Source: Paramagnetospirillum kuznetsovii (lineage in GTDB: Bacteria > Pseudomonadota > Alphaproteobacteria > Rhodospirillales > Magnetospirillaceae). From it: 32,000 bases of DNA. Within the stretch, counting starts at the first letter, position 1; each line of letters opens with the position of its first letter. Below the pieces are notes generated by a model. It saw only the letters and a list, made by a program, of their open reading frames with translations, had not been told where the DNA came from and ran no database searches. The position numbers and the translations under genes are program-made. Location of the stretch: the NCBI RefSeq assembly GCF_003284725.1, contig NZ_PGTO01000003.1:250153-282152 (forward strand). Reading direction: 5' to 3'. This document shows, one piece after another, positions 18,230 through 26,428 of this stretch.

Positions 18230-18844
18230 CTATTTCTTCGCGGCCTTCAGAGCCTTGTCGAACTCCTCGTAGGACAGGGCGCCCACCACCACCTTGCCGT
18301 CGATGATGAAGGTCGGCGTGCTTTCGACGCCCAGCTTCTCATAGCCCTCCTTGGCGCGGGCGTCGATGGCATCGGCGAGATCCTGCCGCTTCAGGCATTC
18401 GTCCACCTTCTCCTCGCCCATTCCGGCCAGCTTGGACAGCTTCTTCAACTCGTCCAGCGGGTTCTTGGAGCTCATCCACTTTTCCTGCTGATCCATGATC
18501 AGGCCCAGCAGGCCGAAATAGCGGTCGGGACCGACGCAATGGGCGATCATGGAGGCCCCCACCGACAGGCCGCGCGGCCCGGTGGGAAAGTCGCGATAGA
18601 TCAGCCTAGCCTTGCCGGTCTCGATCCACTCCGCCTTCACCTTGGGCAGGGTGTTCTTGTGGAAATTGGCGCAATGGCCGCAGGTGGTCGATGCGTATTC
18701 GACGATGGTGATGGGAGCATCGGCCTTGCCCAGCACCTGATCGATGGGATAGCTGGGATCGGCGGCCATGGCCGTATTGGTCAGCAGCAACGCGAAGACT
18801 GCGGCAAGCAGGCGATTGAGCAGTGTCACCCTGGTATCCTCCAT
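18230..18844 (-). CDS. DsbA-family periplasmic thiol:disulfide oxidoreductase
   Basis: Signal peptide (LLAAVFALLLTNTAMAA). CxxC active site in STTCGHCANFH. Thioredoxin-fold length (204 aa). Lies 16 nt upstream of smc. Confidence 0.85.
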   Translation of the reverse strand: MEDTRVTLLNRLLAAVFALLLTNTAMAADPSYPIDQVLGKADAPITIVEYASTTCGHCANFHKNTLPKVKAEWIETGKARLIYRDFPTGPRGLSVGASMIAHCVGPDRYFGLLGLIMDQQEKWMSSKNPLDELKKLSKLAGMGEEKVDECLKRQDLADAIDARAKEGYEKLGVESTPTFIIDGKVVVGALSYEEFDKALKAAKK

Positions 18845-18893
18845 GGCATCAAATCCGGGCGGATATTAGGGGTTCATCCCCGGCGGCACAAGA

Positions 18894-19088
18894 TCAGTAG
18901 CTGGTGGGCACCGTCGACGCCGAAGGCGGCGCGGCCGTGATGGGCGGAGCCGGAACCGGCTCATCGACCCGGCCCCATAAAAACAGCCAAAGCAGCATGA
19001 TGGCCAATATCCCCAGCACCAGCAGGAAATAGCGGCTGCCCAGGCCGTAATCGCGGCTCATTTCAGATAATTCGCGCAACGAGCCCAT
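18894..19088 (-). CDS. Small hypothetical membrane protein (one TM helix, Pro-rich tail)
   Basis: 64 aa with one clear hydrophobic helix (YFLLVLGILAIMLLWLFLW). It fills the gap between the DUF721 gene and the dsbA-like gene on the same strand. I recognise no homology. Confidence 0.45.
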   Translation of the reverse strand: MGSLRELSEMSRDYGLGSRYFLLVLGILAIMLLWLFLWGRVDEPVPAPPITAAPPSASTVPTSY

Positions 19089-19132
19089 CAGACCATCCCA
19101 GTTAAGAAGCCCCCACCCTATATGGTGATGTC

Positions 19133-19633
19133 TTAGGAATTGGTTAGCCGTCTGCCCAGCCGCGCCAAGGCCTCGCGCAGGTCGGGATCCTCGACGGCGT
19201 CCAACTTGGCCGCCAGACCCGGCGACGGTTGGGCCGCCACCACCGTCTTGACCGCTTTTTTCGGCGGCGTCGGCAGCGGTCCTTGCACCAGCTTGAGGCG
19301 CGCCACCGCCTTCCAGCCGAAATAGCCGTTGATGCGCTCCAGGATCAGCGGTTCCAGGTGCTGCACCTCAAGGGCATAGGCGCCGGAATCCACCTTGACC
19401 ACCAGCGAGCCCTCGGCCCGGTCCTTAGGGGGAAACTTGACCCGGATCGGCAGGGTGTGGCTGGCCACCACCGAGCCGACAATGGCGGGCCAGTCCACCA
19501 CCAGGGCGCCACCGGCAAAGCCATGCTTGCCGAACACCGGCCGGGTCACCCGCTCCATGGGAACGGCGACCGAGACCATGCCGTAAGTCCGACGGTCCTC
19601 GTGTTTTTTTGCCTGAGCAGTGGAATCGGCCAT
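19133..19633 (-). CDS. DUF721 domain protein (DciA-type family)
   Basis: From ATG 19633: MADSTAQAKK... The core RVTRPVFGKHGFAGGALVVDWPAIVG...GSLVVKVDSGAYALEVQHLEPLILERINGYFG matches my recollection of DUF721. It is divergent from mutY and upstream of dsbA-smc, as I recall seeing in other alphaproteobacteria. The tracked start 19708 is an extension. Confidence 0.7.
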   Translation of the reverse strand: MADSTAQAKKHEDRRTYGMVSVAVPMERVTRPVFGKHGFAGGALVVDWPAIVGSVVASHTLPIRVKFPPKDRAEGSLVVKVDSGAYALEVQHLEPLILERINGYFGWKAVARLKLVQGPLPTPPKKAVKTVVAAQPSPGLAAKLDAVEDPDLREALARLGRRLTNS

Positions 19634-19718
19634 GACGCGAGCATACCCCAGCGCCGCCTTTTGCACTATCCTCTCACCATGCTGTACGACAATCGGGTGA
19701 AGGAGCACTTGCCTAAAT

Positions 19719-19853
19719 CCCCTCGCCCGCTTGCGGGAGAGGGTGGCGAGGCGAAGCCGAGACGGGTGAGGGCCGCGCGCGTCCGCGCGCCAAGCGACTG
19801 GTGTGCCGATGCAAAGGCCCTCACCCCGACCCTCTCCCGCAAGCGGGAGAGGG
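19719..19853. repeat. Two inverted copies of a GC-rich palindromic repeat in the DUF721 / mutY divergent intergenic region
   Basis: A 19-bp perfect inverted repeat (19726-19744 vs accctctcccgcaagcggg at 19829-19847) plus a 9-bp one (gtgagggcc 19766-19774 vs ggccctcac 19816-19824). The left copy carries an extra ~18 bp. The centre contains GCGCGCGtccGCGCGC. Confidence 0.85.
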
Positions 19854-19893
19854 AGAAAAGGGAATCATCTTCCTGCGAGCGATTGCCCTCGCC

Positions 19894-20961
19894 ATGCTGA
19901 CCTCGCCTACCGCCGATCAACTGCTCGTCTGGTACGATCACAGCCGCCGTCTGCTGCCGTGGCGGGCGCCGCCGGGTCAATTGGCCGATCCCTATCGGGT
20001 CTGGCTGTCGGAGGTCATGTTGCAGCAGACCACCGTGGCGGCGGTGCAGCCCTATTTCCGCGCCTTCCTGGCGCGCTGGCCCAAGGTGGAGGACTTGGCC
20101 GCCGCCCCGGTGGAGGAGGTCATGCAGGCCTGGGCCGGGTTGGGCTATTACGCGCGGGCCCGCAATCTGCATCTGTGCGCCAAGACGGTGGCCGAATGGC
20201 GGCACGGCCGCTTTCCCGACGACGAGACGGCGTTGCGCCAACTGCCCGGCATCGGCGAATACACCGCCGCCGCCATCGCCGCCATCGCCTTCGGCCGCCC
20301 GGCGGTGGTAATGGACGGCAATGTGGAACGGGTGATGGCCAGGCTGCACGCCGTCACCGAGCCGCTGCCCAAGGCCAAGCCGCGCCTGAAGGCGCTGGCG
20401 GCGGCGCTGACTCCGAGCGAACGGCCCGGCGATTACGCCCAGGCGGTGATGGATCTGGGCGCCACCATCTGCACCCCGAAAAGCCCGGCCTGCGGCATCT
20501 GCCCCTGGACCGGCGGCTGCGCCGCCCGCGCCCAGGGCATCGAGGCGAGCCTTCCCGCCAAGCTGGAAAAGCCGGAACGGCCGACCCGGCGCGGCATCGC
20601 CTTCTGGACCACCGCCAAGGACGGCTCGGTCCTGCTGCGCCGCCGCCCGCCCAAGGGCTTGCTGGGTGGCATGATGGAAATTCCCTCCACCGATTGGCGG
20701 CCGGAGGCCTGGACCCTGAGCGACGCCCGCGCCGAAGCGCCCATCACCGCCGAATGGCGGCTGCTGCCCGGCGTGGTCCGCCATAGTTTCACCCATTTTC
20801 ACCTGGAACTTCAGGTGGCCGCCGCAAAGACCGGCAGCGGAACCGCCGCGCGCGGGGTATGGTGTCCGCTGGACAGTCTGGACGGCCAGGCCCTGCCCAC
20901 CCTGATGCGCAAGGTGGTCCGTCACGCCTTGGCGAAAGCTTATGAGAGAGGAACCCTGTGA
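19894..20961 (+). CDS. mutY: A/G-specific adenine DNA glycosylase
   Basis: From ATG 19894: LLVWYDHSRRLLPWR...PYRVWLSEVMLQQTTVAAV, HhH-GPD region (LPGIGEYTAAAIAAIAFG), 4Fe-4S cysteines (CTPKSPACGICPWTGGC) and a NUDIX-like C-terminal domain. The tracked GTG 19801 start reads through the repeat element. Confidence 0.92.
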   Translation: MLTSPTADQLLVWYDHSRRLLPWRAPPGQLADPYRVWLSEVMLQQTTVAAVQPYFRAFLARWPKVEDLAAAPVEEVMQAWAGLGYYARARNLHLCAKTVAEWRHGRFPDDETALRQLPGIGEYTAAAIAAIAFGRPAVVMDGNVERVMARLHAVTEPLPKAKPRLKALAAALTPSERPGDYAQAVMDLGATICTPKSPACGICPWTGGCAARAQGIEASLPAKLEKPERPTRRGIAFWTTAKDGSVLLRRRPPKGLLGGMMEIPSTDWRPEAWTLSDARAEAPITAEWRLLPGVVRHSFTHFHLELQVAAAKTGSGTAARGVWCPLDSLDGQALPTLMRKVVRHALAKAYERGTL

Positions 20962-21590
20962 TGCGCCCGATCCACATGCTCGCCGTCGTCGCCGCGCTCC
21001 TCGTCCCCGTCACTGGATGGGCGCAGATGCGGCCGCAGCCGCGCCAGCAGCAAGCACCGCCGCCGCCGTCGCCCAGCGGCGAGGTGACCGAACGCCTCGT
21101 CATGACGCCACCGGTCGGCTGGACCATCGGCGGGTCCAGCGTCAGCCAGAACGCGCTGACCAAGCAGATGTTCCCGCCGGGCCAAACGGCCGAGACCTGG
21201 AACGAGATGATGTCCATCCAGATCATGGCCGATGCCCGCGCCGACCCGCGCGAACATATCCAGCGCATCGTCGAGGCCAGCCGAACCAACTGCGAGGCGT
21301 CGGGCCCCAGCCCGGTGACCGAGGCCCAGACCAACGGCTATCCGGTCGCCACCCTGACGGTCACCTGCACCAAGGGCCGCCAGAGCGGCATGGGCGGTCT
21401 GGTGGCGGTCAAGGCCATCCGGGGCGGCTCGGCGCTTTACGTCATCCAGCGCATCTGGCGCGGCCAGCCCTTCGAGCGCAACGAGATCGCCCCGGTGCCG
21501 TCCGACATGCTGCAGGAATGGTCGGCCTTCCTGCGCAACGTCTCGGTCTGCGATTCCAACGACCCGACCCGGCATCCCTGCCCGAAGTGA
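20961..21590 (+). CDS. Hypothetical secreted protein (signal peptide, four Cys)
   Basis: The ATG overlaps the mutY stop (TGATG), with GAGAGAGGA 8 nt upstream. The signal-like N-terminus is MRPIHMLAVVAALLVPVTGWAQ. I recognise no family. Confidence 0.6.
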   Translation: MRPIHMLAVVAALLVPVTGWAQMRPQPRQQQAPPPPSPSGEVTERLVMTPPVGWTIGGSSVSQNALTKQMFPPGQTAETWNEMMSIQIMADARADPREHIQRIVEASRTNCEASGPSPVTEAQTNGYPVATLTVTCTKGRQSGMGGLVAVKAIRGGSALYVIQRIWRGQPFERNEIAPVPSDMLQEWSAFLRNVSVCDSNDPTRHPCPK

Positions 21591-21597
21591 GGCGGCC

Positions 21598-21894
21598 CTA
21601 ACAGCACTCGTCTTCCAAGCGGCGCAGGGCGGCAAGGCCGATCTCGTCGCTGGCGTCCTCGAACAATTCCTCGATGTAATAGGTGTGGGAACAGGCCAGA
21701 CACAGCTCGTCGGCCTTGCGCGCCCCCAACTTCCCCGCTTCGGCCAGACGTTCGCGGAAGCGATCCCACAGGGCGTTGCCGTTGGCGGGATTGTCGATCA
21801 AGGCCAGGATGCGCTCGATCACGATCTTGGCATTGCCCTCGCAATCGATGCCCCGGAACGAGGCGTAACGGTCGGCAGGACGGGAAATGGTCAT
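21598..21894 (-). CDS. cowN: CowN-like N2-fixation sustaining protein (protects nitrogenase from CO)
   Basis: From ATG 21894 (AAGGAGAG upstream), 98 aa: MTISRPADRYASFRGIDCEGNAKIV...FWDRF-like segment...ADELCLACSHTYYIEELFEDASDEIGLAALRRLEDECC. The DRY.SF.GIDC.GNA start, the ELFED core and the terminal ECC match my recollection of the CowN family. Not verified by a search. Confidence 0.65.
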   Translation of the reverse strand: MTISRPADRYASFRGIDCEGNAKIVIERILALIDNPANGNALWDRFRERLAEAGKLGARKADELCLACSHTYYIEELFEDASDEIGLAALRRLEDECC

Positions 21895-22042
21895 GACGCT
21901 CTCCTTGAGGTTACCATAGCGAGGACGCCATCCACTCACCAGACATCGTCTCGCAGAGCGTCATGACAAGCCCGGCTGTTGCGCCGTTCCGGTCCGGATG
22001 CTAACGTCCGCCAACCCTGGCATACCGGAGATTCACAGGCCC

Positions 22043-22330
22043 ATGTCGCTGGACAAAGCCACCGTGCGCAACATCGCCAACTTGGCCCGGATCGAGGTCA
22101 AGGACGAGGAACTCGACCACCTCGCAGGCGAGCTTTCCAACATCCTTCACTTCGTCGAGCAATTGGCGGAAGTGAACACCGACGGCGTTTTGCCCATGAC
22201 CTCGGTCGCCGCCATGACCCTGCCCATGCGCAAGGACGTGATCACCGACGGCGGCCAGCCCGAGGCGGTCCTGGCCAACGCGCCCGAGGCCGAGGATGGC
22301 TTCTTCACCGTGCCGAAGGTGGTGGAATGA
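22043..22330 (+). CDS. gatC: Asp/Glu-tRNA(Asn/Gln) amidotransferase subunit C
   Basis: 95 aa from ATG 22043: [46 protein letters not shown]...FFTVPKVVE. Confidence 0.92.
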   Translation: MSLDKATVRNIANLARIEVKDEELDHLAGELSNILHFVEQLAEVNTDGVLPMTSVAAMTLPMRKDVITDGGQPEAVLANAPEAEDGFFTVPKVVE

Positions 22331-22429
22331 GCGAGGCAAGGCCGAGCGCGGGCGCGTTGAGCGCCCCGGAGCGCAGCGTAGGAGCCAAGGGCGCGGAGGC
22401 GCCCGCCCGGCGCTTGAGGGACAATGCAA

Positions 22430-23902
22430 ATGACTAATCTCACGAATCTCACGATGGCCGAGGCCCGCGACAAGCTGGCCAAGGGCGAGTTCACCGCCGT
22501 CGAGCTGACCGCCGCCCATATCAAGGCGGTGGAAGCCAAGCGGGGCCTCAACGCCTTCATCACCGAGACCCCCGATCTGGCGCTGGCCGAGGCCAAGGAA
22601 TCCGACCTGCGCCGTCAGGCGGGCAAGGCCGGTTCCATGGATGGCTTGCCCATCGGCATCAAGGATCTGTTCTGCACCAAGGGTGTGCAGACCACGGCGG
22701 CCAGCCATATCCTGGAAGGCTTCAAGCCCCAGTATGAATCCACTGTGTCGGGCAAGTTGAAGTCGGCCGGGGCCATCAGCCTGGGCAAGCTGAACCTGGA
22801 CGAATTCGCCATGGGCTCGTCCAACCAGACCAGCTATTTCGGTGCGGTCGAGAATCCCTGGAAGAAAAAGTCCGACCCCAAGGCCAAGCTCGTCCCCGGC
22901 GGTTCTTCCGGCGGCTCGGCGGCGGCCGTGGCGGCGCGCATGGTCATGGCCGCCACCGGCACCGATACCGGCGGCTCCATCCGTCAGCCCGCCGCTTTCT
23001 GCGGCATCACCGGCATCAAGCCGACCTATGGCCGTTGCTCGCGCTGGGGCGTGGTCGCCTTCGCCTCGTCGCTGGATCAGGCCGGTCCCATGGCGCGGAC
23101 CGTGCGCGACTGCGCCATCATGCTGGGGAGCATGGCCGGATTCGACCCCAAGGATTCCACCTCGGTCGACATGGCGGTGCCGGATTTCGAAAAGTCGCTG
23201 ACGGGCGATATTCGCGGCCTCAAGGTGGGGATTCCCAAGGAATACCGCCCCGACGGATTGTCCGACGAAGTCGCCAAGGTCTGGGACCGGGGCATCGAAT
23301 GGCTGAAGGCGGCGGGGGCGACTCCGGTGGAGATTTCCCTGCCCCACACCAAATACGCCCTGGCCACCTATTACATCATCGCGCCCGCCGAATGTTCGTC
23401 CAACCTGGCACGCTATGACGGGCTGCGCTTTGGCCTGCGGGTGCCGGGCAAGACGCTGGACGACATGTACCGCAAGACCCGCGCCGAAGGGTTTGGAGCC
23501 GAGGTCCGCCGCCGCATCCTGATCGGCACCTATGTTCTGTCGGCGGGCTATTACGACGCCTATTACGCCAAGGCGCAGAAGGTTCGCCGCCTGATCGCCG
23601 AGGACTTCCGCAAGGCCTTCGAGAGCGTGGACGTCATCTTGACCCCCACCGCGCCGTCAGCCGCCTTCGGTCAGGGCGAGGGCACCGATGATCCCGTCAC
23701 CATGTGGCTGAACGACGTCTTCACCATCCCCACCAGCATGGCGGGCCTGCCCGGCCTGTCGCTGCCCGCCGGATTGTCGTCGGACGGTCTGCCGCTGGGC
23801 CTGCAGCTGATTGGTCGCCCCTTCGACGAGGAGACGGTGTTCAAGGTGGCGGGCGTGATGGAAGCCGCGGCCGACTTTACCGCCAAGCCGGAGGGCGTGT
23901 GA
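22430..23902 (+). CDS. gatA: Asp/Glu-tRNA(Asn/Gln) amidotransferase subunit A
   Basis: Amidase signature region ([13 protein letters not shown]...[16 protein letters not shown]). N-terminus [30 protein letters not shown] 22430 has better spacing to GAGGGA than ATG 22424. The stop overlaps the gatB start (TGATG). Confidence 0.93.
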   Translation: MTNLTNLTMAEARDKLAKGEFTAVELTAAHIKAVEAKRGLNAFITETPDLALAEAKESDLRRQAGKAGSMDGLPIGIKDLFCTKGVQTTAASHILEGFKPQYESTVSGKLKSAGAISLGKLNLDEFAMGSSNQTSYFGAVENPWKKKSDPKAKLVPGGSSGGSAAAVAARMVMAATGTDTGGSIRQPAAFCGITGIKPTYGRCSRWGVVAFASSLDQAGPMARTVRDCAIMLGSMAGFDPKDSTSVDMAVPDFEKSLTGDIRGLKVGIPKEYRPDGLSDEVAKVWDRGIEWLKAAGATPVEISLPHTKYALATYYIIAPAECSSNLARYDGLRFGLRVPGKTLDDMYRKTRAEGFGAEVRRRILIGTYVLSAGYYDAYYAKAQKVRRLIAEDFRKAFESVDVILTPTAPSAAFGQGEGTDDPVTMWLNDVFTIPTSMAGLPGLSLPAGLSSDGLPLGLQLIGRPFDEETVFKVAGVMEAAADFTAKPEGV

Positions 23903-25359
23903 TGGCCTATATTCTTCAGGGTGAAACCGGCGACTGGGAGATCGTCATCGGCCTGGAAGTCCATGCCCAGGTGATCTCCAACTCCAAGCTGTTCAGTGGC
24001 GCCGCCACCGCGTTCGGCGCCGAACCCAACACCCAGGTCAGCTTCGTGGATGCGGGCTTTCCCGGCATGCTGCCCGTCATCAACGAAATCTGCGTGGAAC
24101 AGGCGGTGCGCACCGGTCTGGGGCTGAAGGCCAAGATCAATCTGACCAGCGTCTTCGCCCGCAAGAACTACTTCTACGCCGATTTGCCCCAGGGCTATCA
24201 GATCAGCCAGTTCGACCTGCCCATCGTCGGCGAGGGCGAGCTGATCCTGGACCTTGCCGACGGCTCTACCCGCACGGTGGGCATCGAGCGGCTGCACCTG
24301 GAGCAGGACGCGGGCAAGTCCATCCACGACATGCACCCGTCCAAGTCGTTCATCGACTTGAACCGCTCCGGCGTGGCGCTGATGGAGATCGTCTCCAAGC
24401 CCGATTTGCGTTCGCCGGAAGAGGCCGGGCTATATCTGACCAAGCTGCGCTCCATCCTGCGCTATCTCGGCACCTGCGACGGCAACATGCAGGAAGGGTC
24501 CATGCGCTGCGACGCCAATGTGTCGGTGCGCCCGGTGGGCTCCACCGAGCTGCGCACCCGCTGCGAGATCAAGAACGTCAACTCCATCCGCTATGTGCAG
24601 CAGGCCATCGAGTTCGAGGCCCGCCGTCATATCGATGTCTATGAGAGCGGCGGAACCATCGCCCAGGAAACCCGCCTGTTCGATTCGGTCAAGACCGAAA
24701 CGCGCTCCATGCGCTCGAAGGAGCAAGCCCACGACTATCGCTATTTCCCCGATCCCGACCTGCTGCCGCTGGTGATCGCCCAAGACTTCGTGGACGGCAT
24801 CAAGTCCGGCCTGCCCGAACTGCCCGACGCCAAGAAGACCCGCTTCATGGCGGAATACGGCCTCAACGCCTATGACGCGGGCGTGCTGGTGGCCGAGCGT
24901 ATCTCGGCCGACTTCTTCGAAACGGTGGCCAAGGGCCGCGACGCCAAGATCGCCTGCAACTGGGTGATGGGCGACTTCTTCGCCAGCCTGAACGCCACCG
25001 GCAAGACCATGGAAGACCCGCCGGTCACCGCCGCCGATCTCGGCGCCCTGATCGATCTGATCAAGGATGGCACCCTATCGGGCCGCCTCGCCAAGGACGT
25101 CTTCGCCCTGATGGTGGAAACCGGCAAGGCGCCGGCCGTCATCGTCGAGGAAAAGGGCATGAAGCAGGTCACCGATACCGGCGCCATCGAGGCGGCGGTG
25201 GATGCGGCCATCGCCGCCAACCCGGACAAGGTGGCCCAGGTCAAGGAGGGCAAGACCGCCCTGCTCGGCTGGTTTACCGGCCAGGTCATGAAGGCGACCC
25301 AGGGCAAGGCCAACCCCGCCATGGTCAACGAGATGCTGTCCAAGAAGATCGTGGGATAG
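23902..25359 (+). CDS. gatB: Asp/Glu-tRNA(Asn/Gln) amidotransferase subunit B
   Basis: From ATG 23902: [24 protein letters not shown]..., [45 protein letters not shown]. The tracked ORF start 23704 lies inside gatA. Confidence 0.95.
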   Translation: MAYILQGETGDWEIVIGLEVHAQVISNSKLFSGAATAFGAEPNTQVSFVDAGFPGMLPVINEICVEQAVRTGLGLKAKINLTSVFARKNYFYADLPQGYQISQFDLPIVGEGELILDLADGSTRTVGIERLHLEQDAGKSIHDMHPSKSFIDLNRSGVALMEIVSKPDLRSPEEAGLYLTKLRSILRYLGTCDGNMQEGSMRCDANVSVRPVGSTELRTRCEIKNVNSIRYVQQAIEFEARRHIDVYESGGTIAQETRLFDSVKTETRSMRSKEQAHDYRYFPDPDLLPLVIAQDFVDGIKSGLPELPDAKKTRFMAEYGLNAYDAGVLVAERISADFFETVAKGRDAKIACNWVMGDFFASLNATGKTMEDPPVTAADLGALIDLIKDGTLSGRLAKDVFALMVETGKAPAVIVEEKGMKQVTDTGAIEAAVDAAIAANPDKVAQVKEGKTALLGWFTGQVMKATQGKANPAMVNEMLSKKIVG

Positions 25360-25409
25360 CCGCTGGAAATCCTGATATCATGCCGAGGAATGCCGACGGA
25401 GGAATGGGC

Positions 25410-25859
25410 ATGGGACGGCCGCAGGATCTGTACGAACGCGATTTCTATGCCTGGGCGCAGGAACAGGCGAACCTGCTGCGCGCGGGCGACCTGTCGGCCG
25501 CCGATATCGGCCATATCGCCGAGGAGATCGAGAGCATGGGCCGCACCGAGAAGCGCGAATTGGTGAACCGGCTGACCATCCTGCTTCTCCATCTCCTCAA
25601 ATGGCGCTTCCAGCCGACGTTCCAGGGAAATTCATGGCGGTTGTCCATCAAGGAACAGCGCATCCGCCTGACCGACCATCTGGCGGATAACCCCAGCCTG
25701 AAAGCCAAACTGCCCGAGGCCATGGCGGACGCTTACCGCTTGGCCCTAATCGAGGCGGAGCGCGAAACCGGGCTGGCCGAGTCCACCTTCCCGGAGGCTT
25801 GTCCCTGGAGCTTTCCGCAAGTCATGGACCATGGCTTCTGGCCGTCGAACAGTAATTGA
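25410..25859 (+). CDS. DUF29 family protein
   Basis: DLYERDFYAWAQEQANLLRAG...IAEEIESMGRTEKRELVNRLTILLLHLLKWRFQP...SW..SI.EQR fits my recollection of the DUF29 helical-bundle family. ATG 25410 is 6 nt after GGAGGA. ATG 25380 and 25404 are alternative starts. Confidence 0.7.
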   Translation: MGRPQDLYERDFYAWAQEQANLLRAGDLSAADIGHIAEEIESMGRTEKRELVNRLTILLLHLLKWRFQPTFQGNSWRLSIKEQRIRLTDHLADNPSLKAKLPEAMADAYRLALIEAERETGLAESTFPEACPWSFPQVMDHGFWPSNSN

Positions 25860-25861
25860 AG

Positions 25862-26425
25862 ATGCCATCCCTCCTCCCCTTCCCGCTGACCATCTGCGGC
25901 GTCGATGAACTGCCCGACCATGCCGGGCGGGGAGTCAGTCATGTGCTGACCATCCTCGACCCCGGCACCCCCGATCCCGAGCATTTCGGTGAGTTCGGCC
26001 CGCACAAGCGCACCCGTTGGGACTTCCACGACATCGTGAACACCCAAGACGGCCAGCAGCACCCCACCGAGCACAATGTGCGCGCCATCCTGGACTACGG
26101 CACCGCGCTTCAGGACGAGCCTGTCAACCATCTGCTGATCCACTGCTTCATGGGCATCTCGCGCTCCACCGCCACGGCGGTGATCCTGATGGCCCAGGCC
26201 AATCCCGGCCGCGAGGCCGAGGCCTTCGAACATCTGCGCGACATCCGCCCCTATTCCTGGCCCAATTCCCGCATGATCGCCATGGCGGATTCCCTGCTGG
26301 ACCGCAAGGGCGCCCTGGTCGCGGCCATGAAGGACCACCACAAGACCATGGCACGGCTGCGCCCCGACATGATGCCCTATCTGCGCACCAGCGAACGCGC
26401 CGCCGAGGTGCCGGAGGAAGAGTGA
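25862..26425 (+). CDS. Cys-based protein phosphatase (CX5R P-loop; COG5350-like predicted tyrosine / dual-specificity phosphatase)
   Basis: Active-site loop HCFMGISRST (C-X5-R-S/T) with upstream acidic WDFHD. About 187 aa. ATG 25862 begins 2 nt after the DUF29 stop; the alternative TTG 25856 overlaps that stop. Confidence 0.7.
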   Translation: MPSLLPFPLTICGVDELPDHAGRGVSHVLTILDPGTPDPEHFGEFGPHKRTRWDFHDIVNTQDGQQHPTEHNVRAILDYGTALQDEPVNHLLIHCFMGISRSTATAVILMAQANPGREAEAFEHLRDIRPYSWPNSRMIAMADSLLDRKGALVAAMKDHHKTMARLRPDMMPYLRTSERAAEVPEEE

Positions 26426-26428
26426 CGC

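Noticed and set aside
21895-22042. A possible sigma-54 (-24/-12) promoter for cowN at minus-strand TTGGCGGACGTTAGCA (22009..21994).
   Set aside because: The GG-to-GC spacing is one nucleotide short of the TGGCAC-N5-TTGC consensus, and no better candidate was seen. Not reported as a feature.
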